A stretch of 51,440 nt of DNA from Deltaproteobacteria bacterium (lineage in GTDB: Bacteria > JACQOV01), in assembly GCA_016202395.1 (NCBI GenBank), contig JACQOV010000022.1, positions 1-51,440 on the forward strand. The letters are read 5' to 3'. How positions within the stretch are numbered: position 1 is the stretch's first letter; each line of letters begins with the position of its first letter. The notes under the pieces are model-generated. The model was not told where the DNA came from, ran no database searches, and saw nothing but the letters and a program-made list of their open reading frames with translations. Positions 1-9,895 of the stretch are shown piece after piece. Both the position numbers and the translations under genes were made by a program.

Positions 1-70
1 CTGCGTCGGATTTCACAAAAAGTCCTCAACGTACCTTCCAGGTACGTTTCCGGGCTTTTTGCTCATCCTC
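1..70. repeat. REP-like palindromic element, probably truncated by the window start
   Basis: Nested stems CAAAAAGTCC/GGGCTTTTTG and AACGTACC-ttcca-GGTACGTT in non-coding sequence. Confidence 0.55.
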
Positions 71-126
71 CTTGTCTCGGCTCAGATCATGATTTTTCGT
101 CGCGAACATAGTTTTTAGAGGTGCCC

Positions 127-366
127 TTATTTCACTTTCGTTTTTTTGTAGATTGCGATCTCATATTTCATGACATCCACATCGTACACATGATCTTTTA
201 GAGGGACTGAGTAGAGCTTGAGCTCTTCAAACTCGCTTCCCGTTTCGTCAAAGGCCCTCTCTTCGATGAGATGGTCGAGGATCTCTTTCGCTTCATCGAA
301 TGTCAGATCATAATCTGTAAAGATGCGAAAAAATAGGCCTTTATGTTGGAAGACATACTCTTCCAT
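127..366 (-). CDS. small acidic hypothetical protein (79 aa)
   Basis: Intact ORF with protein-like composition and no competing long ORF; no recognisable motif. Confidence 0.6.
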   Translation of the reverse strand: MEEYVFQHKGLFFRIFTDYDLTFDEAKEILDHLIEERAFDETGSEFEELKLYSVPLKDHVYDVDVMKYEIAIYKKTKVK

Positions 367-428
367 TGGGATGGCGGCAGATTAACAGATCAGTTTCGGT
401 GCGTCAATAACGGGTTGTTGGAAAGAAT

Positions 429-470
429 GAGGCTCGGCATGAACCCACTAACGGGGGTTAGCCAAGCCTC
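429..470 (-). terminator. imperfect hairpin, possible terminator of 507..833
   Basis: GAGGCTCGGC...GCCAAGCCTC inverted repeat, followed on the minus strand by ATTCTTT. Confidence 0.4.
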
Positions 471-506
471 TTCTGTCCTGCGTTAGGGGGCCTTTGTTTG
501 CAGGAT

Positions 507-833
507 CTATTTGAGTTGAATAGAGATTGCATTCAAGCTTCCGTTATCGGCTTCGCGATAACGAACGGTGACCTTGCTCTCTACTTTCAGATCCGCTCTT
601 TCAATCGTTTTCCCGTCGGCATCTCGATATCGAGTGGCTTCTGTGAGGCTAAAGGTTTGACTCTCCTTCTTTTTGGCCACTTCAATCGATCCGCTCGTGA
701 CCTCCTGGACAGTTCCGGTAAACTGGCGAGCCTTCTTCCCCGAATCTTCCTCGGCAGCCCAGCTACTGGCCAGCCCCGCGACCATTAGCCCCAAGAGCAT
801 CCCTAACAACATCCGTTTTTTCGTTCTAACCAT
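507..833 (-). CDS. small secreted beta-rich protein (OB-fold/DUF5666-like)
   Basis: Signal peptide (KKR + hydrophobic core + SWA); 'FTGTVQEV...DLKVESKVTVRY...A.SI' pattern; AGGAGG RBS. Confidence 0.7.
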   Translation of the reverse strand: MVRTKKRMLLGMLLGLMVAGLASSWAAEEDSGKKARQFTGTVQEVTSGSIEVAKKKESQTFSLTEATRYRDADGKTIERADLKVESKVTVRYREADNGSLNAISIQLK

Positions 834-969
834 TTTGGTGCCTCCTTTGTGTTTTTATGGTTCCATATACTCTATCGACTCCAGAGGTCCGAATGTTGCT
901 TGGTTCGTAAAATTTTTTTGAGGTAAGGGAAGGGATATCGGTCTTAGTCAGAAAAGGTGAGAAAGAAAA

Positions 970-1042
970 TGGGCGGTACTGGGATCGAACCAGTGACCTC
1001 TGCCGTGTGAAGGCAGCGCTCTCCCAACTGAGCCAACCGCCC
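970..1042 (-). tRNA. tRNA-Val (anticodon CAC), CCA not encoded
   Basis: Reverse complement GGGCGGTTGGCTCAGTTGGGAGAGCGCTGCCTTCACACGGCAGAGGTCACTGGTTCGATCCCAGTACCGCCCA folds as a cloverleaf; anticodon arm CTGCC-TTCACAC-GGCAG. Confidence 0.97.
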
Positions 1043-1054
1043 GGAGTTAAAGTC

Positions 1055-1114
1055 ATCGTATTAAAGGTTATGACCCCCTGTCAAGTTGACTAACCTACTG
1101 ATTTTCAGTAATTT
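1055..1114. promoter_or_regulatory. back-to-back sigma70 promoters for the tRNA (minus) and the hem operon (plus)
   Basis: Minus: TTGACA-N18-TACGAT (1084..1055). Plus: TTGACT-N17-TAATTT (1086..1114). Confidence 0.55.
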
Positions 1115-1123
1115 TCCCCTATT

Positions 1124-1798
1124 ATGCCGAGGAGATATTACCCCATCTTTTTAGATATCAAAGGGTTTCCATGCGTGGTCATTGGAGGGGGGGCGGTCGC
1201 CGAGCAGAAGGTTCGGCAGGTTTTGGCGGCAGGGGCTAAGGTTCGCGTCATCAGCCCTCGTTTAACCCCTACTTTGAAGGAGTGGGCTCGAGGAAAGCGT
1301 TTCGAATATAAGAAAAGACTTTATCGTCGAGGGGATCTTCGCGGAGCTCGCCTCACCTTTGCCGCCACCAACCATCCCAGAACGAATGCTAGGATTCTAA
1401 AAGAGGCTCGATCTCAAAAGGTTTGGCTCAATGCCGTGGACGATCCCAAAAATTGTGATTTTGTTGTTCCATCGATGGTTCATCGGGGGAATCTAACCGT
1501 TGCAATCTCAACCAACGGCTTAAGCCCGGCTCTCTCTAAAAAAATTCGCAAAGACCTCGAAAATCAGTTTGGCCCCGAATATGAGATTTTTCTTCAGCTC
1601 CTGGGAACTCTTCGGAAACGCCCTCTTCCCGAAGGGGCCGATGGGAAAATCCGGTCGGAACGATTGAGCGCTTTGGTGAATTCTTCTGCGCTCCATTGGA
1701 TACAAAAAAAGGATGGGATTTCCATGAATCGTTTGCTTCGGAAATTGTTTGGTAAAGAAATCACTCTCGAAAATTTAGGAATCGAGCTTAAATTATGA
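1124..1798 (+). CDS. precorrin-2 dehydrogenase/sirohydrochlorin ferrochelatase (SirC/CysG N-terminal/Met8 family)
   Basis: YPIFLD...VIGGGAVAEQK Rossmann motif; NAVDDP..CDF; AISTNG.SPALSK. Confidence 0.92.
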   Translation: MPRRYYPIFLDIKGFPCVVIGGGAVAEQKVRQVLAAGAKVRVISPRLTPTLKEWARGKRFEYKKRLYRRGDLRGARLTFAATNHPRTNARILKEARSQKVWLNAVDDPKNCDFVVPSMVHRGNLTVAISTNGLSPALSKKIRKDLENQFGPEYEIFLQLLGTLRKRPLPEGADGKIRSERLSALVNSSALHWIQKKDGISMNRLLRKLFGKEITLENLGIELKL

Positions 1799-2607
1799 TT
1801 GAAAGCTTGCAGTTAACATTCTTCAGCTATCTTTTAGCCACAGCTCTATTGCTAGGCTATTTTGTTCGTCCAGAGCGGTTTTTTGCTCGCGGCGGGGTGA
1901 TCGTTCTGTTCGTTGGAGCTCTGGCGCATCTGGTGGTTCTTGTGGCGGCCTCACAGAAGTTGGGGCATTTGCCCGTAACGAATCTCTCGGAATCGCTCTC
2001 CCTTTTGAGTTGGGTGGTGGTTGTGGTTTATCTCGTTTCGTCATCGCGACAATCGCTCCCTGGGATTGGGGCTTCGGTGAGTTTAATGGCCTCCCTCTTG
2101 CTTCTCATCTCTTTTTATCTGCCGAAGTCGGCAACCTTAGAGCCCCAAGAACTGCGCATCTTTTGGTTTCCGCTGCACATCCTTTTTTCCATCGGTGGCG
2201 ATGCGTTCCTTTTAGTGGCCTCCCTCGGCGGCCTTTTTTATCTCCTTCAAGAACGACAAGTAAAATGGAAACACCTGGGGCTCCTTTTCAAGCGACTTCC
2301 TTCACTCGAGGTTTTAGATGAGCTTAGCTATGCAGGTCTCGCTGTGGGATTCGTTCTTTTGACCCTTGGGATCTTGTCTGGAGCGCTCTGGGCCGAGCAT
2401 GCTTGGGGGAAATTTTGGAGTTGGGAAGCTAAACAAACCCTCTCCTTTGTCACATGGTTTGCCTACGGGGTCGTTTTGCAAGGTCGCCTTTTTTGGGGAT
2501 GGCGGGGTCGTCGCTCCTCACTCCTCTCTCTCTTGGGGCTTGCGGCTTTAATCTTTAGCTTTTTGGGAGGGTTCCTCTTTAGTTCCGGCTCCCACAATTT
2601 TTTCTAA
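1795..2607 (+). CDS. cytochrome c assembly protein CcsA/HemX-like membrane protein
   Basis: Multiple TM helices; WWD-type motif GALWAEHAWGKFWSWEAK; lies before hemA. Confidence 0.85.
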   Translation: MIESLQLTFFSYLLATALLLGYFVRPERFFARGGVIVLFVGALAHLVVLVAASQKLGHLPVTNLSESLSLLSWVVVVVYLVSSSRQSLPGIGASVSLMASLLLLISFYLPKSATLEPQELRIFWFPLHILFSIGGDAFLLVASLGGLFYLLQERQVKWKHLGLLFKRLPSLEVLDELSYAGLAVGFVLLTLGILSGALWAEHAWGKFWSWEAKQTLSFVTWFAYGVVLQGRLFWGWRGRRSSLLSLLGLAALIFSFLGGFLFSSGSHNFF

Positions 2608-2618
2608 AGGTATTGACG

Positions 2619-3896
2619 ATGAATGTAGTGGTTATCGGTCTCAACCATAAAACCGCTCCTCTCCATTTGAGAGAGCGTCTCTCGTATCGAGTGGAGGAGC
2701 TAGGCGATTCCCTAAAAGAGCTTCGCGCCATTCCTTCGGTCTGTGAGGCGCTGATTCTTTCTACCTGCAATCGTGTGGAATTTTATAGCGTGACCGATTC
2801 TATGGAGGAGGTGTCTTTAAGGGTAGAAGAATATCTTTCCCGATCCCGGAAAATTTCTCAAGGAGATTTTTCGCCTTATCTTTATCGGCTCTTGGGGCGC
2901 GAGGCTGTTTGTCACACCTTTCGTGTGGCCTCGAGTTTGGACTCGATGGTCGTGGGAGAGCCCCAAATTCTGGGTCAAGTGAAGGAGGCCTATCATGCGG
3001 CTACCTCGGTTCATGCGACGGGAGTGATCTTAAATCGATTGATCCATCATGCGTTTTCCGTTGCAAAGCGAGTTCGGACCGAAACGGGGGTCGCAAAAGA
3101 GGGGGTCTCCATTGGCTCAGTGGCGGCCGATCTGGCCGAGAAGATCTTTGGCGGAATGAAGGATTGCAGCGTTCTTGTGGTGGGGGCCGGGGAGATGTGC
3201 AAGGCCGCCGTTCGTCAGTTTAAAAATCGGGGAGTTTCTCAACTGAATATCGTCAACCGCACGTTGGATCGCGCCGTGGAATTGGCCGAGCGATTCCAAG
3301 GGACCCCGCTCCCGTGGAATCAATTAGAGAAAGCTTTGCATGAGGCTGATATTGTTATTACCTCTACGGGGGCTTTTGAGCCCATCTTTTCTGCGCCACT
3401 GATTCACCGAGTGATGAAGGAGAGACGGTGGAGGCCGATGTTTTTTATCGATATTGCGGTTCCTCGAAATGTGGCTCCGGAGGTGCACCAACTGGAGAAT
3501 GTTTATCTCTACAACATTGATGATTTGGAGGGGGTGGTTCGGGAGAACAGGAAAGAGCGGATGAAAGAGGCGGAGCTGGGAGAGCAGATGATTTTGGAAG
3601 AGGCGGATCGGTTTGAGGCCTGGCTCCAAGGGTTGGAGGCGGTGCCAACGATCATTTCGTTGAACGAGAAATTGGAAAGGATTCGAGAGCAAGAACTTCA
3701 GAAATGCGCCGCGGCGCTGCAAAATGGAGCTAAGGATCCGATGGCCGAGGCGGAACGGATGAGTCATGCCATCGTCAACAAGATTTTGCACGAGCCTCTC
3801 GATGAGCTCAAGCGAGCCAGTCGAGGTCCTGAGCGTTATCTCTACATCGAAGCGGTGCGGAAACTTTTTGGTTTGGGAACAGAGGAAAAGAAGTGA
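2619..3896 (+). CDS. hemA: glutamyl-tRNA reductase
   Basis: GLNHKTAP, STCNRVE, SLDSMVVGEPQILGQ, GAGEM, DIAVPRN motifs. Confidence 0.97.
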   Translation: MNVVVIGLNHKTAPLHLRERLSYRVEELGDSLKELRAIPSVCEALILSTCNRVEFYSVTDSMEEVSLRVEEYLSRSRKISQGDFSPYLYRLLGREAVCHTFRVASSLDSMVVGEPQILGQVKEAYHAATSVHATGVILNRLIHHAFSVAKRVRTETGVAKEGVSIGSVAADLAEKIFGGMKDCSVLVVGAGEMCKAAVRQFKNRGVSQLNIVNRTLDRAVELAERFQGTPLPWNQLEKALHEADIVITSTGAFEPIFSAPLIHRVMKERRWRPMFFIDIAVPRNVAPEVHQLENVYLYNIDDLEGVVRENRKERMKEAELGEQMILEEADRFEAWLQGLEAVPTIISLNEKLERIREQELQKCAAALQNGAKDPMAEAERMSHAIVNKILHEPLDELKRASRGPERYLYIEAVRKLFGLGTEEKK

Positions 3897-4816
3897 AACT
3901 TCGCATTGGAACACGAGAGTCTCCTTTAGCGCTTCGTCAAGCGGAGATGATTAGAGCCGCTTTGATGGAGAAATATCCTGGGACGGTTGTTGACCTTGTT
4001 CCGATTCGAACTCGTGGCGATCATCCATGGAGCCATCCCAAGCTTTCTCAGTTTGGAGGAAAAGGACTTTTTACAAAAGAGATTGAAGAGGCTCTTTTAG
4101 CTGAGAAGGTGGATTTAGCAGTGCATAGTTGTAAGGATCTCCCTTCGGAGATCCCTTTGGGGCTTTGTTTGGCGGCTTTTCCAGAGCGGGAGGATCCACG
4201 GGACGTCTTTATCGCTGGCCAACCTGGACGTTTTCAAGATCTTTCAAGGGGAGCGACGGTGGGGACAGGGAGTTTGCGCAGGAGGGTTCAGCTTCTTGCG
4301 ATGAGAGGGGACATCCAGATTCGAGCGATTCGCGGAAATGTCGACACTCGCATCGCAAAACTTCAGTCTGAGAAATTGGATGGGATCGTTCTCGCGGCGG
4401 CTGGGCTTAAAAGATTGGGGAAGGATCTCAGTTCCGTGGAGTATTTTTCAGAAGATCAACTGATTCCCGCTGTGGGACAGGGAGCCTTGGCCATCGAATG
4501 TCGCAAGGAAGATCCCTCGACGCGAGAGAAAGTCCTATCGTTGAATCATTTACCGACAGAGATCGCTATCCGCGCGGAACGGGCTGCTTTGAAAAAATTA
4601 GGGGGAGATTGTAATGTTCCTATGGCTCTTCATGCTGGGGTTCAAGGGGGAACTCTCAGAATGGTGGGGATGGTAGGGAGTTTCAATGGACAGCGTGTGG
4701 TGAGGGAATCGATCGAAGGATCGATTGCAGATCCCGAAGCATTAGGGTTGCGATTGTCCGAGCAAATGTTGGAACAAGGAGCTGGAAAAATTCTAAAGGA
4801 GTTTCAAAGTGTCTAA
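3893..4816 (+). CDS. hemC: porphobilinogen deaminase
   Basis: IGTRES.LA..Q, GKGLFTKE, AVHS.KD, RGNVDTR, GGDC cofactor Cys. Confidence 0.97.
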   Translation: MKLRIGTRESPLALRQAEMIRAALMEKYPGTVVDLVPIRTRGDHPWSHPKLSQFGGKGLFTKEIEEALLAEKVDLAVHSCKDLPSEIPLGLCLAAFPEREDPRDVFIAGQPGRFQDLSRGATVGTGSLRRRVQLLAMRGDIQIRAIRGNVDTRIAKLQSEKLDGIVLAAAGLKRLGKDLSSVEYFSEDQLIPAVGQGALAIECRKEDPSTREKVLSLNHLPTEIAIRAERAALKKLGGDCNVPMALHAGVQGGTLRMVGMVGSFNGQRVVRESIEGSIADPEALGLRLSEQMLEQGAGKILKEFQSV

Positions 4817-6356
4817 AGCCAAGATTATTGGGAAGGTCTATTTGGTGGGAGCGGGGCCTGGGGATCCCGAATTGATCACGCTCAAGGGGATTCGAACGCT
4901 CCGTCGGTCCGATGTGGTTCTTTATGATCATCTCGCCAATCCGGAGCTGCTCGCTTATGCTCCTTCTACAGCCAGGAAGATCGATGTTGGGAAAGAAGGG
5001 GGAGGGCGATCGATGAGGCAGGATCGAATCATTCAAAAGATGATCCAACTGGCCCAATCGGGAAAAATCGTTGTGCGACTTAAAGGGGGAGATCCTTTTC
5101 TCTTTGGTCGTGGGGGGGAAGAGGCGGAGGCCCTTGCGGAGGTCGGGATTTTCTGTGAAGTGATTCCCGGAGTGACCTCAGCGATTGCCGTTCCTGCCTA
5201 TGCGGGGATTCCTGTGACCCATCGAAGGTTTGCCTCGGCCGTCACCATTGCCACAGGGCATGAGGATCCTGAAAAATCGGAGTCGATCCTTCCGTGGATC
5301 GAGATGGCTCGCGCCGGACAAACGCTAGTCCTTCTCATGGGGGTCAAAACTTTAAAGCGCAATGTGGGTTGTCTCCTCTCCTCAGGATGTGATCCTAAAA
5401 CGCCGGTGGCGTTGATTCAGTGGGGAACTTATCCCCAGCAGAGAACGGTGATTGCGCCTCTGAATCAGATCGTTGCCGAGGCAAAGAAAGCTCGGGTGGG
5501 GCCTCCTTCGGTGATGGTGGTGGGAGAGGTTGTTTCGCTTCGAGGAAAGATTGGATCACGAGAGGAGAGGCCCCTTTTGGGGAAACGGATTCTTGTAACA
5601 AGAGCGCGAGAGCAGGCCTCGGAATTCGTTGACCGTTTGAAGAACCTGGGCGCAGAGTCGATCGAGATTCCTGCGGTCGATATTCAACCTCCCAAGAGTT
5701 GGAAAAAGTTTGATTCCATAGTTAAAGAGACGACAAATTATGATTGGGTTATTTTTACGAGCGTCAACGGAGTTCGAGCCGTTGCGGATCGATTGCGGAA
5801 ATTGGGGCTAGAGTTTTCCAAATTATTTAGGTCTGCCTCTATTTGTGCCATTGGGCCTCGAACCGCTGAAGAGATAGAGTTGCAAGGATTGAAGGTGAAA
5901 AAAATCCCTTCGGAGTATCGGGCGGAGTCGATTCTGGAGGCTTTCGGCTCGCTCGATCTTAAAGGGAAAAGTTTTTTAATCCCTCGCTCCGAGATCGCCA
6001 GAGATCTTTTGCCCCGGGAACTCCAGAAGAGGGGAGCCAAGGTCGATGTCGTCGATGTTTACCGAACGGTTCCATCTCGGATCGATTCACGGGATCTCCA
6101 AGGCCGGCTTAAAAACGGAGAGATCGACGTTTTGACCTTCACCAGTTCTTCGACCGTTCATTCCTTGGCTCGACATTTTGGGCGAAAGGGGTTAAAAAAT
6201 TGGACCGATGGGGCGGTGGTGGCCTGTATCGGGCCGATTACGGAAAAGACGGCTCGATCGTATGGTTTAAGATCGGAAATTGTCGCAAAGAAATACACGA
6301 TCGGTGGCTTAACCCAAGCGATCGTTGATTATTTTAAACGTGGAGGGGAAATATGA
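4809..6356 (+). CDS. cobA: uroporphyrinogen-III methyltransferase/synthase fusion (CobA-HemD)
   Basis: [30 protein letters not shown]-terminal half ILVTR, FTSVNGV, FTSSSTV, CIGPIT. Confidence 0.95.
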   Translation: MSKAKIIGKVYLVGAGPGDPELITLKGIRTLRRSDVVLYDHLANPELLAYAPSTARKIDVGKEGGGRSMRQDRIIQKMIQLAQSGKIVVRLKGGDPFLFGRGGEEAEALAEVGIFCEVIPGVTSAIAVPAYAGIPVTHRRFASAVTIATGHEDPEKSESILPWIEMARAGQTLVLLMGVKTLKRNVGCLLSSGCDPKTPVALIQWGTYPQQRTVIAPLNQIVAEAKKARVGPPSVMVVGEVVSLRGKIGSREERPLLGKRILVTRAREQASEFVDRLKNLGAESIEIPAVDIQPPKSWKKFDSIVKETTNYDWVIFTSVNGVRAVADRLRKLGLEFSKLFRSASICAIGPRTAEEIELQGLKVKKIPSEYRAESILEAFGSLDLKGKSFLIPRSEIARDLLPRELQKRGAKVDVVDVYRTVPSRIDSRDLQGRLKNGEIDVLTFTSSSTVHSLARHFGRKGLKNWTDGAVVACIGPITEKTARSYGLRSEIVAKKYTIGGLTQAIVDYFKRGGEI

Positions 6357-7411
6357 GGTTTAGGAAGATTCCGGGGACTGAGATTCGATGTTCCGACGTG
6401 GGGTTTGGGGTGTGGACTGTTGGAACAACGTGGTGGGGAATCAACGATGAAAAGTTTGGGATTCAGTTGCTCCAAAAGGCCTTCGATCTTGGCATCAACT
6501 TTTTTGATACTGCCGATACCTATGGAAATGGCTACGGGGAGGAGATCTTAGCGAAAGCCCTCGGTTCCAAACGAGACAAGATCGTTATCGCCACCAAATT
6601 TGGCTACGATATCTACAACCATGGCGGAGAGAATCGTGGCCAACGCGAACTCCCCCAGGACCTTTCCCCGAAATTCATTCGCTTTGCTTTAGAAAAAAGC
6701 TTGGAGCGCCTAAAAACCGATTGTATCGATCTCTACCAGATCCACAATGCCAAACTCGAGCACGTTCAGTCCGATGAGTTATTTGAGCTTCTCGACCGAT
6801 TAGTGGAAGAAGGGAAAATCCGCTCCTATGGGGCTGCTATGGGGCCTGCCATTGGGTGGTTGGTGGAATCGGTTGCAGCGATGAAGGCACGCCCGAGCGT
6901 CTCCATCCTTCAGATCATTTACAATTTGCTCGAGCAAGAGCCGGGAAGATCCCTTTTTCGGCTCGGTGGGGCCACGGATACCGGTTTTTTGGTCCGAGTC
7001 CCGCATTCTTCTGGGATTTTGGAGGGGAAATATTCGTTAGAGACCACCTTTGCGCCTAACGATCATCGTCGGCATCGCCCCAAAGAGTGGTTGACCCACG
7101 GGCTCCAGAAGCTTCAAACTCTCCAATTTCTAACCCAGAGCGGGGAACGAACGATCGGTCAGGCCGCTTTGAAATTTGTTCTGGCTCAGCCGACGGTTGT
7201 TTCTGTGCTTCCAAACATTTATAATGAGGAGCAGTTGATCGAGTTGGCTCACGCCTCCGATGTCCCGGATCTGACTTCGGAAGAGCTGGCGCGGATTGAA
7301 AAACTCTATCAAAAGAACTTTAATGTGGAAGAGCCACCGATGGAGTTTAAGGGGATTTCGGTTGACGCTCCGGAGGCAAAGGAGATTCTTAGTCAAGGGC
7401 GCCTCCTTTAA
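6353..7411 (+). CDS. aldo/keto reductase
   Basis: [35 protein letters not shown]. Confidence 0.93.
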   Translation: MRFRKIPGTEIRCSDVGFGVWTVGTTWWGINDEKFGIQLLQKAFDLGINFFDTADTYGNGYGEEILAKALGSKRDKIVIATKFGYDIYNHGGENRGQRELPQDLSPKFIRFALEKSLERLKTDCIDLYQIHNAKLEHVQSDELFELLDRLVEEGKIRSYGAAMGPAIGWLVESVAAMKARPSVSILQIIYNLLEQEPGRSLFRLGGATDTGFLVRVPHSSGILEGKYSLETTFAPNDHRRHRPKEWLTHGLQKLQTLQFLTQSGERTIGQAALKFVLAQPTVVSVLPNIYNEEQLIELAHASDVPDLTSEELARIEKLYQKNFNVEEPPMEFKGISVDAPEAKEILSQGRLL

Positions 7412-7427
7412 GGGGTGACGCAAAAGT

Positions 7428-9137
7428 TTGTCAACACTTCTTTTAATCATACGTCGCTTTTCGACAATCCTGAATTTCGCTCTGAGCGTTCTTTCGGTAT
7501 TAACCCTCTTTTTCTACCTTCTTTATTTTGGGGGGGATCTTCCAAAGTGGGCAGAGCCTCTCTTTCCGCTTTTTCAAGAAGGGGTTTTGACGATCTTTAT
7601 CGTCGACATGGTTCTTCAGTTTGTATTGAGTCGACCCAAAAGCCTCTACTTTCGGGATCACCTCATCGATTGGATTATCTTGATTCCTTGGATTTTCACA
7701 GCGGAAGTGACCTATTCTGTCCCTCTTATTTTGATTCGCCAAGGGTTTTGGACTTGGAGATCTTTTACGGCCACTAAAACGGCTGTTACCTTGCTGGCCG
7801 ATTTCCGACGTTACCCCGCAAAGATGCTTGCGGGGAGTTTTTTTGCCGTCATCTCCATGGGGACTATTTTGTTGGTTTTTCCCATTGCGACTCACAAAAC
7901 TGGAGGAATGGATCTCATCGACGCTTTATTTACTGTCACTTCTGCAACCTGTGTCACCGGACTCTCCATCTACGACACCTATTCCTATTTCACCCCTTTC
8001 GGTCAAGGAGTCATTTTGGCTTTAATTCAGATCGGAGGATTGGGGATGATGACCCTTTCGAGCGCCGTTGCCGTTATCTTGGGGGAGAAACTCACCATTC
8101 GAAATCGTGTTCTTCTTCAGGATATTTTAGAGGAGACCAATGTTGAAGACTTCAAGCAACTTCTCATCACAATTCTCCGAACCACGTTAACGATCGAGTT
8201 GGTGGGGGCCCTAATCCTTACGTTAAACTGGAAGGAGGAGCTGGGAAGTTGGGGAAAATCGATCTACTTTGGGGTTTTTCATTCCATCTCGGCCTTTTGT
8301 AATGCCGGTTTTGCGCTGTTCCCTGACAGTTTGATGCAATTCAGCTCGGATGGGGTCACCACTTTTACCATGACCACTCTAATCATCTTAGGCGGAGTTG
8401 GCTTTCCCGTGTTAGCAGGACTGCTCCACAGCCGTTTTTGGTCTCGCGATCCGGCAAAGAGAAAGGCCATCAGCATCCATACCAAATTGGCCTTAATGAT
8501 ATCCTTGATCCTGCTGGTTGCGGGGGCCACCTTCCTTTTCTTTGTGGAATTTTCCCATGCTTTTGCCAATCTGGATATGTCGACACGCATTCAAGTCGCG
8601 TGGTTTCAATCGGTCACCCCTCGAACAGCGGGATTTAACACGATTAGTTTAAACGCGCTCACCCAGAGCTCTCAGTTTCTTTTGATTGTCTTGATGTTTA
8701 TTGGAGCCTCTCCCGGCTCCACCGGAGGAGGAATTAAGACAACCACCTTTGGTGTTTTGATGTTGGCTTTCCTTGCCATGCTTCGAGGGCGTGAAGATGT
8801 AGAGTGTTTTGGTCGTCGGGTCCCTGTTAATATTATTAATAAATCGATTGCGATCCTAATGTCCGGTTTCGGAGTGGTGACCCTTGGGGTTCTTTTCTTG
8901 TTAATGACGGAGGTCTCTTATCCGTTGATGACCGTTTTATTTGAGGCCATGTCCGCCTTTGGAACGGTGGGGCTTTCTTTGGGACTGACTCCGTATCTGA
9001 GCGATGTTGGTAAAATTTTAGTTTCGGTGTTAATGTTTATAGGGAGGATTGGGCCGCTGACGTTGGCTTTTATTGTGGGGCAGCAGCTTTCGGTGGCTCA
9101 TTATCGATACCCTTATGGAAAGGTGATGGTGGGATAA
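7428..9137 (+). CDS. TrkH/KtrB potassium uptake protein with N-terminal TM extension
   Basis: Four pore motifs: SATCVTGLS, SAFCNAGF, RTAGF, SAFGTVGLS; also GSTGGGIK and MFIGRIG; start codon uncertain. Confidence 0.92.
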   Translation: MSTLLLIIRRFSTILNFALSVLSVLTLFFYLLYFGGDLPKWAEPLFPLFQEGVLTIFIVDMVLQFVLSRPKSLYFRDHLIDWIILIPWIFTAEVTYSVPLILIRQGFWTWRSFTATKTAVTLLADFRRYPAKMLAGSFFAVISMGTILLVFPIATHKTGGMDLIDALFTVTSATCVTGLSIYDTYSYFTPFGQGVILALIQIGGLGMMTLSSAVAVILGEKLTIRNRVLLQDILEETNVEDFKQLLITILRTTLTIELVGALILTLNWKEELGSWGKSIYFGVFHSISAFCNAGFALFPDSLMQFSSDGVTTFTMTTLIILGGVGFPVLAGLLHSRFWSRDPAKRKAISIHTKLALMISLILLVAGATFLFFVEFSHAFANLDMSTRIQVAWFQSVTPRTAGFNTISLNALTQSSQFLLIVLMFIGASPGSTGGGIKTTTFGVLMLAFLAMLRGREDVECFGRRVPVNIINKSIAILMSGFGVVTLGVLFLLMTEVSYPLMTVLFEAMSAFGTVGLSLGLTPYLSDVGKILVSVLMFIGRIGPLTLAFIVGQQLSVAHYRYPYGKVMVG

Positions 9138-9204
9138 AAATTATGAAGCAGATCCTTTGAGCGAAAAGGATCTGCCTCATAATTTTCAACCACGGAGGAG
9201 AAGT

Positions 9205-9891
9205 ATGCAAATTGCGATTATTGGGGTGGGGCGTTTTGGGACCAAATTAGCGACGACGGTGGCCCGTTTGGGGGCCGAGGTCATTGCGGTGGACACACGG
9301 GAACACAATGTGGAAGAGGTCAAGGACCGAGTAGCTCAGGCCGTCGTTGCCGATTGCACGGATGAACGCGCGATGCGGGCCATCGGAATTTCAGATGTTG
9401 ATGTTGCTGTGGTGGCCATTGGTGAGGATCTGGAGATGAGTGTCATGAGTACCGTGGTGTTGAGACGTTTGGGGGTTAGTAAGATCGTGGCTCGCGCCGT
9501 CTCGCAGATTCATGAACAGATCTTAAAAGAGATGGGAGCTAGCCAGATCATTCGAATTGAGGAGCAGATGGGAGAACAGGTTGCGCACTGGCTGGTTGCT
9601 CCCGATGTTTTACAGCGGATCAGTTTTCCAGGCGGGTACACGTTAGTGGAGATGCGGGTTCCAGAAAAATTCATGGGGAAAACGTTGGTGGAATCGAGGG
9701 TCCGAGAAGATTACGGTCTCACGGTCGCTGCCATTCAGAAGAGAATCCCCGAGATCAATGAAGAAGGGAAGAGTCATTATCGGATCAAAACGATGACCCC
9801 TCCCAATCCAACGGATCAGATGGGTGAAGATGACATCCTGGTGGTGATTGGCGAGGATGAGAAGATCGATCAGTTTCTGAGGGAGGATTAA
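9205..9891 (+). CDS. TrkA/KtrA RCK regulatory subunit
   Basis: IIGVGRFG, DVAVVAIG, RCK-C domain; GGAGGAG RBS before ATG 9205. Confidence 0.92.
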   Translation: MQIAIIGVGRFGTKLATTVARLGAEVIAVDTREHNVEEVKDRVAQAVVADCTDERAMRAIGISDVDVAVVAIGEDLEMSVMSTVVLRRLGVSKIVARAVSQIHEQILKEMGASQIIRIEEQMGEQVAHWLVAPDVLQRISFPGGYTLVEMRVPEKFMGKTLVESRVREDYGLTVAAIQKRIPEINEEGKSHYRIKTMTPPNPTDQMGEDDILVVIGEDEKIDQFLRED

Positions 9892-9895
9892 TCCT

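Noticed and set aside
3324-3914. Long antisense ORFs (3324..3914, also 16233..16997, 17370..17936, 20388..20948, 46577..47110)
   Set aside because: Shadows of well-supported genes on the opposite strand.
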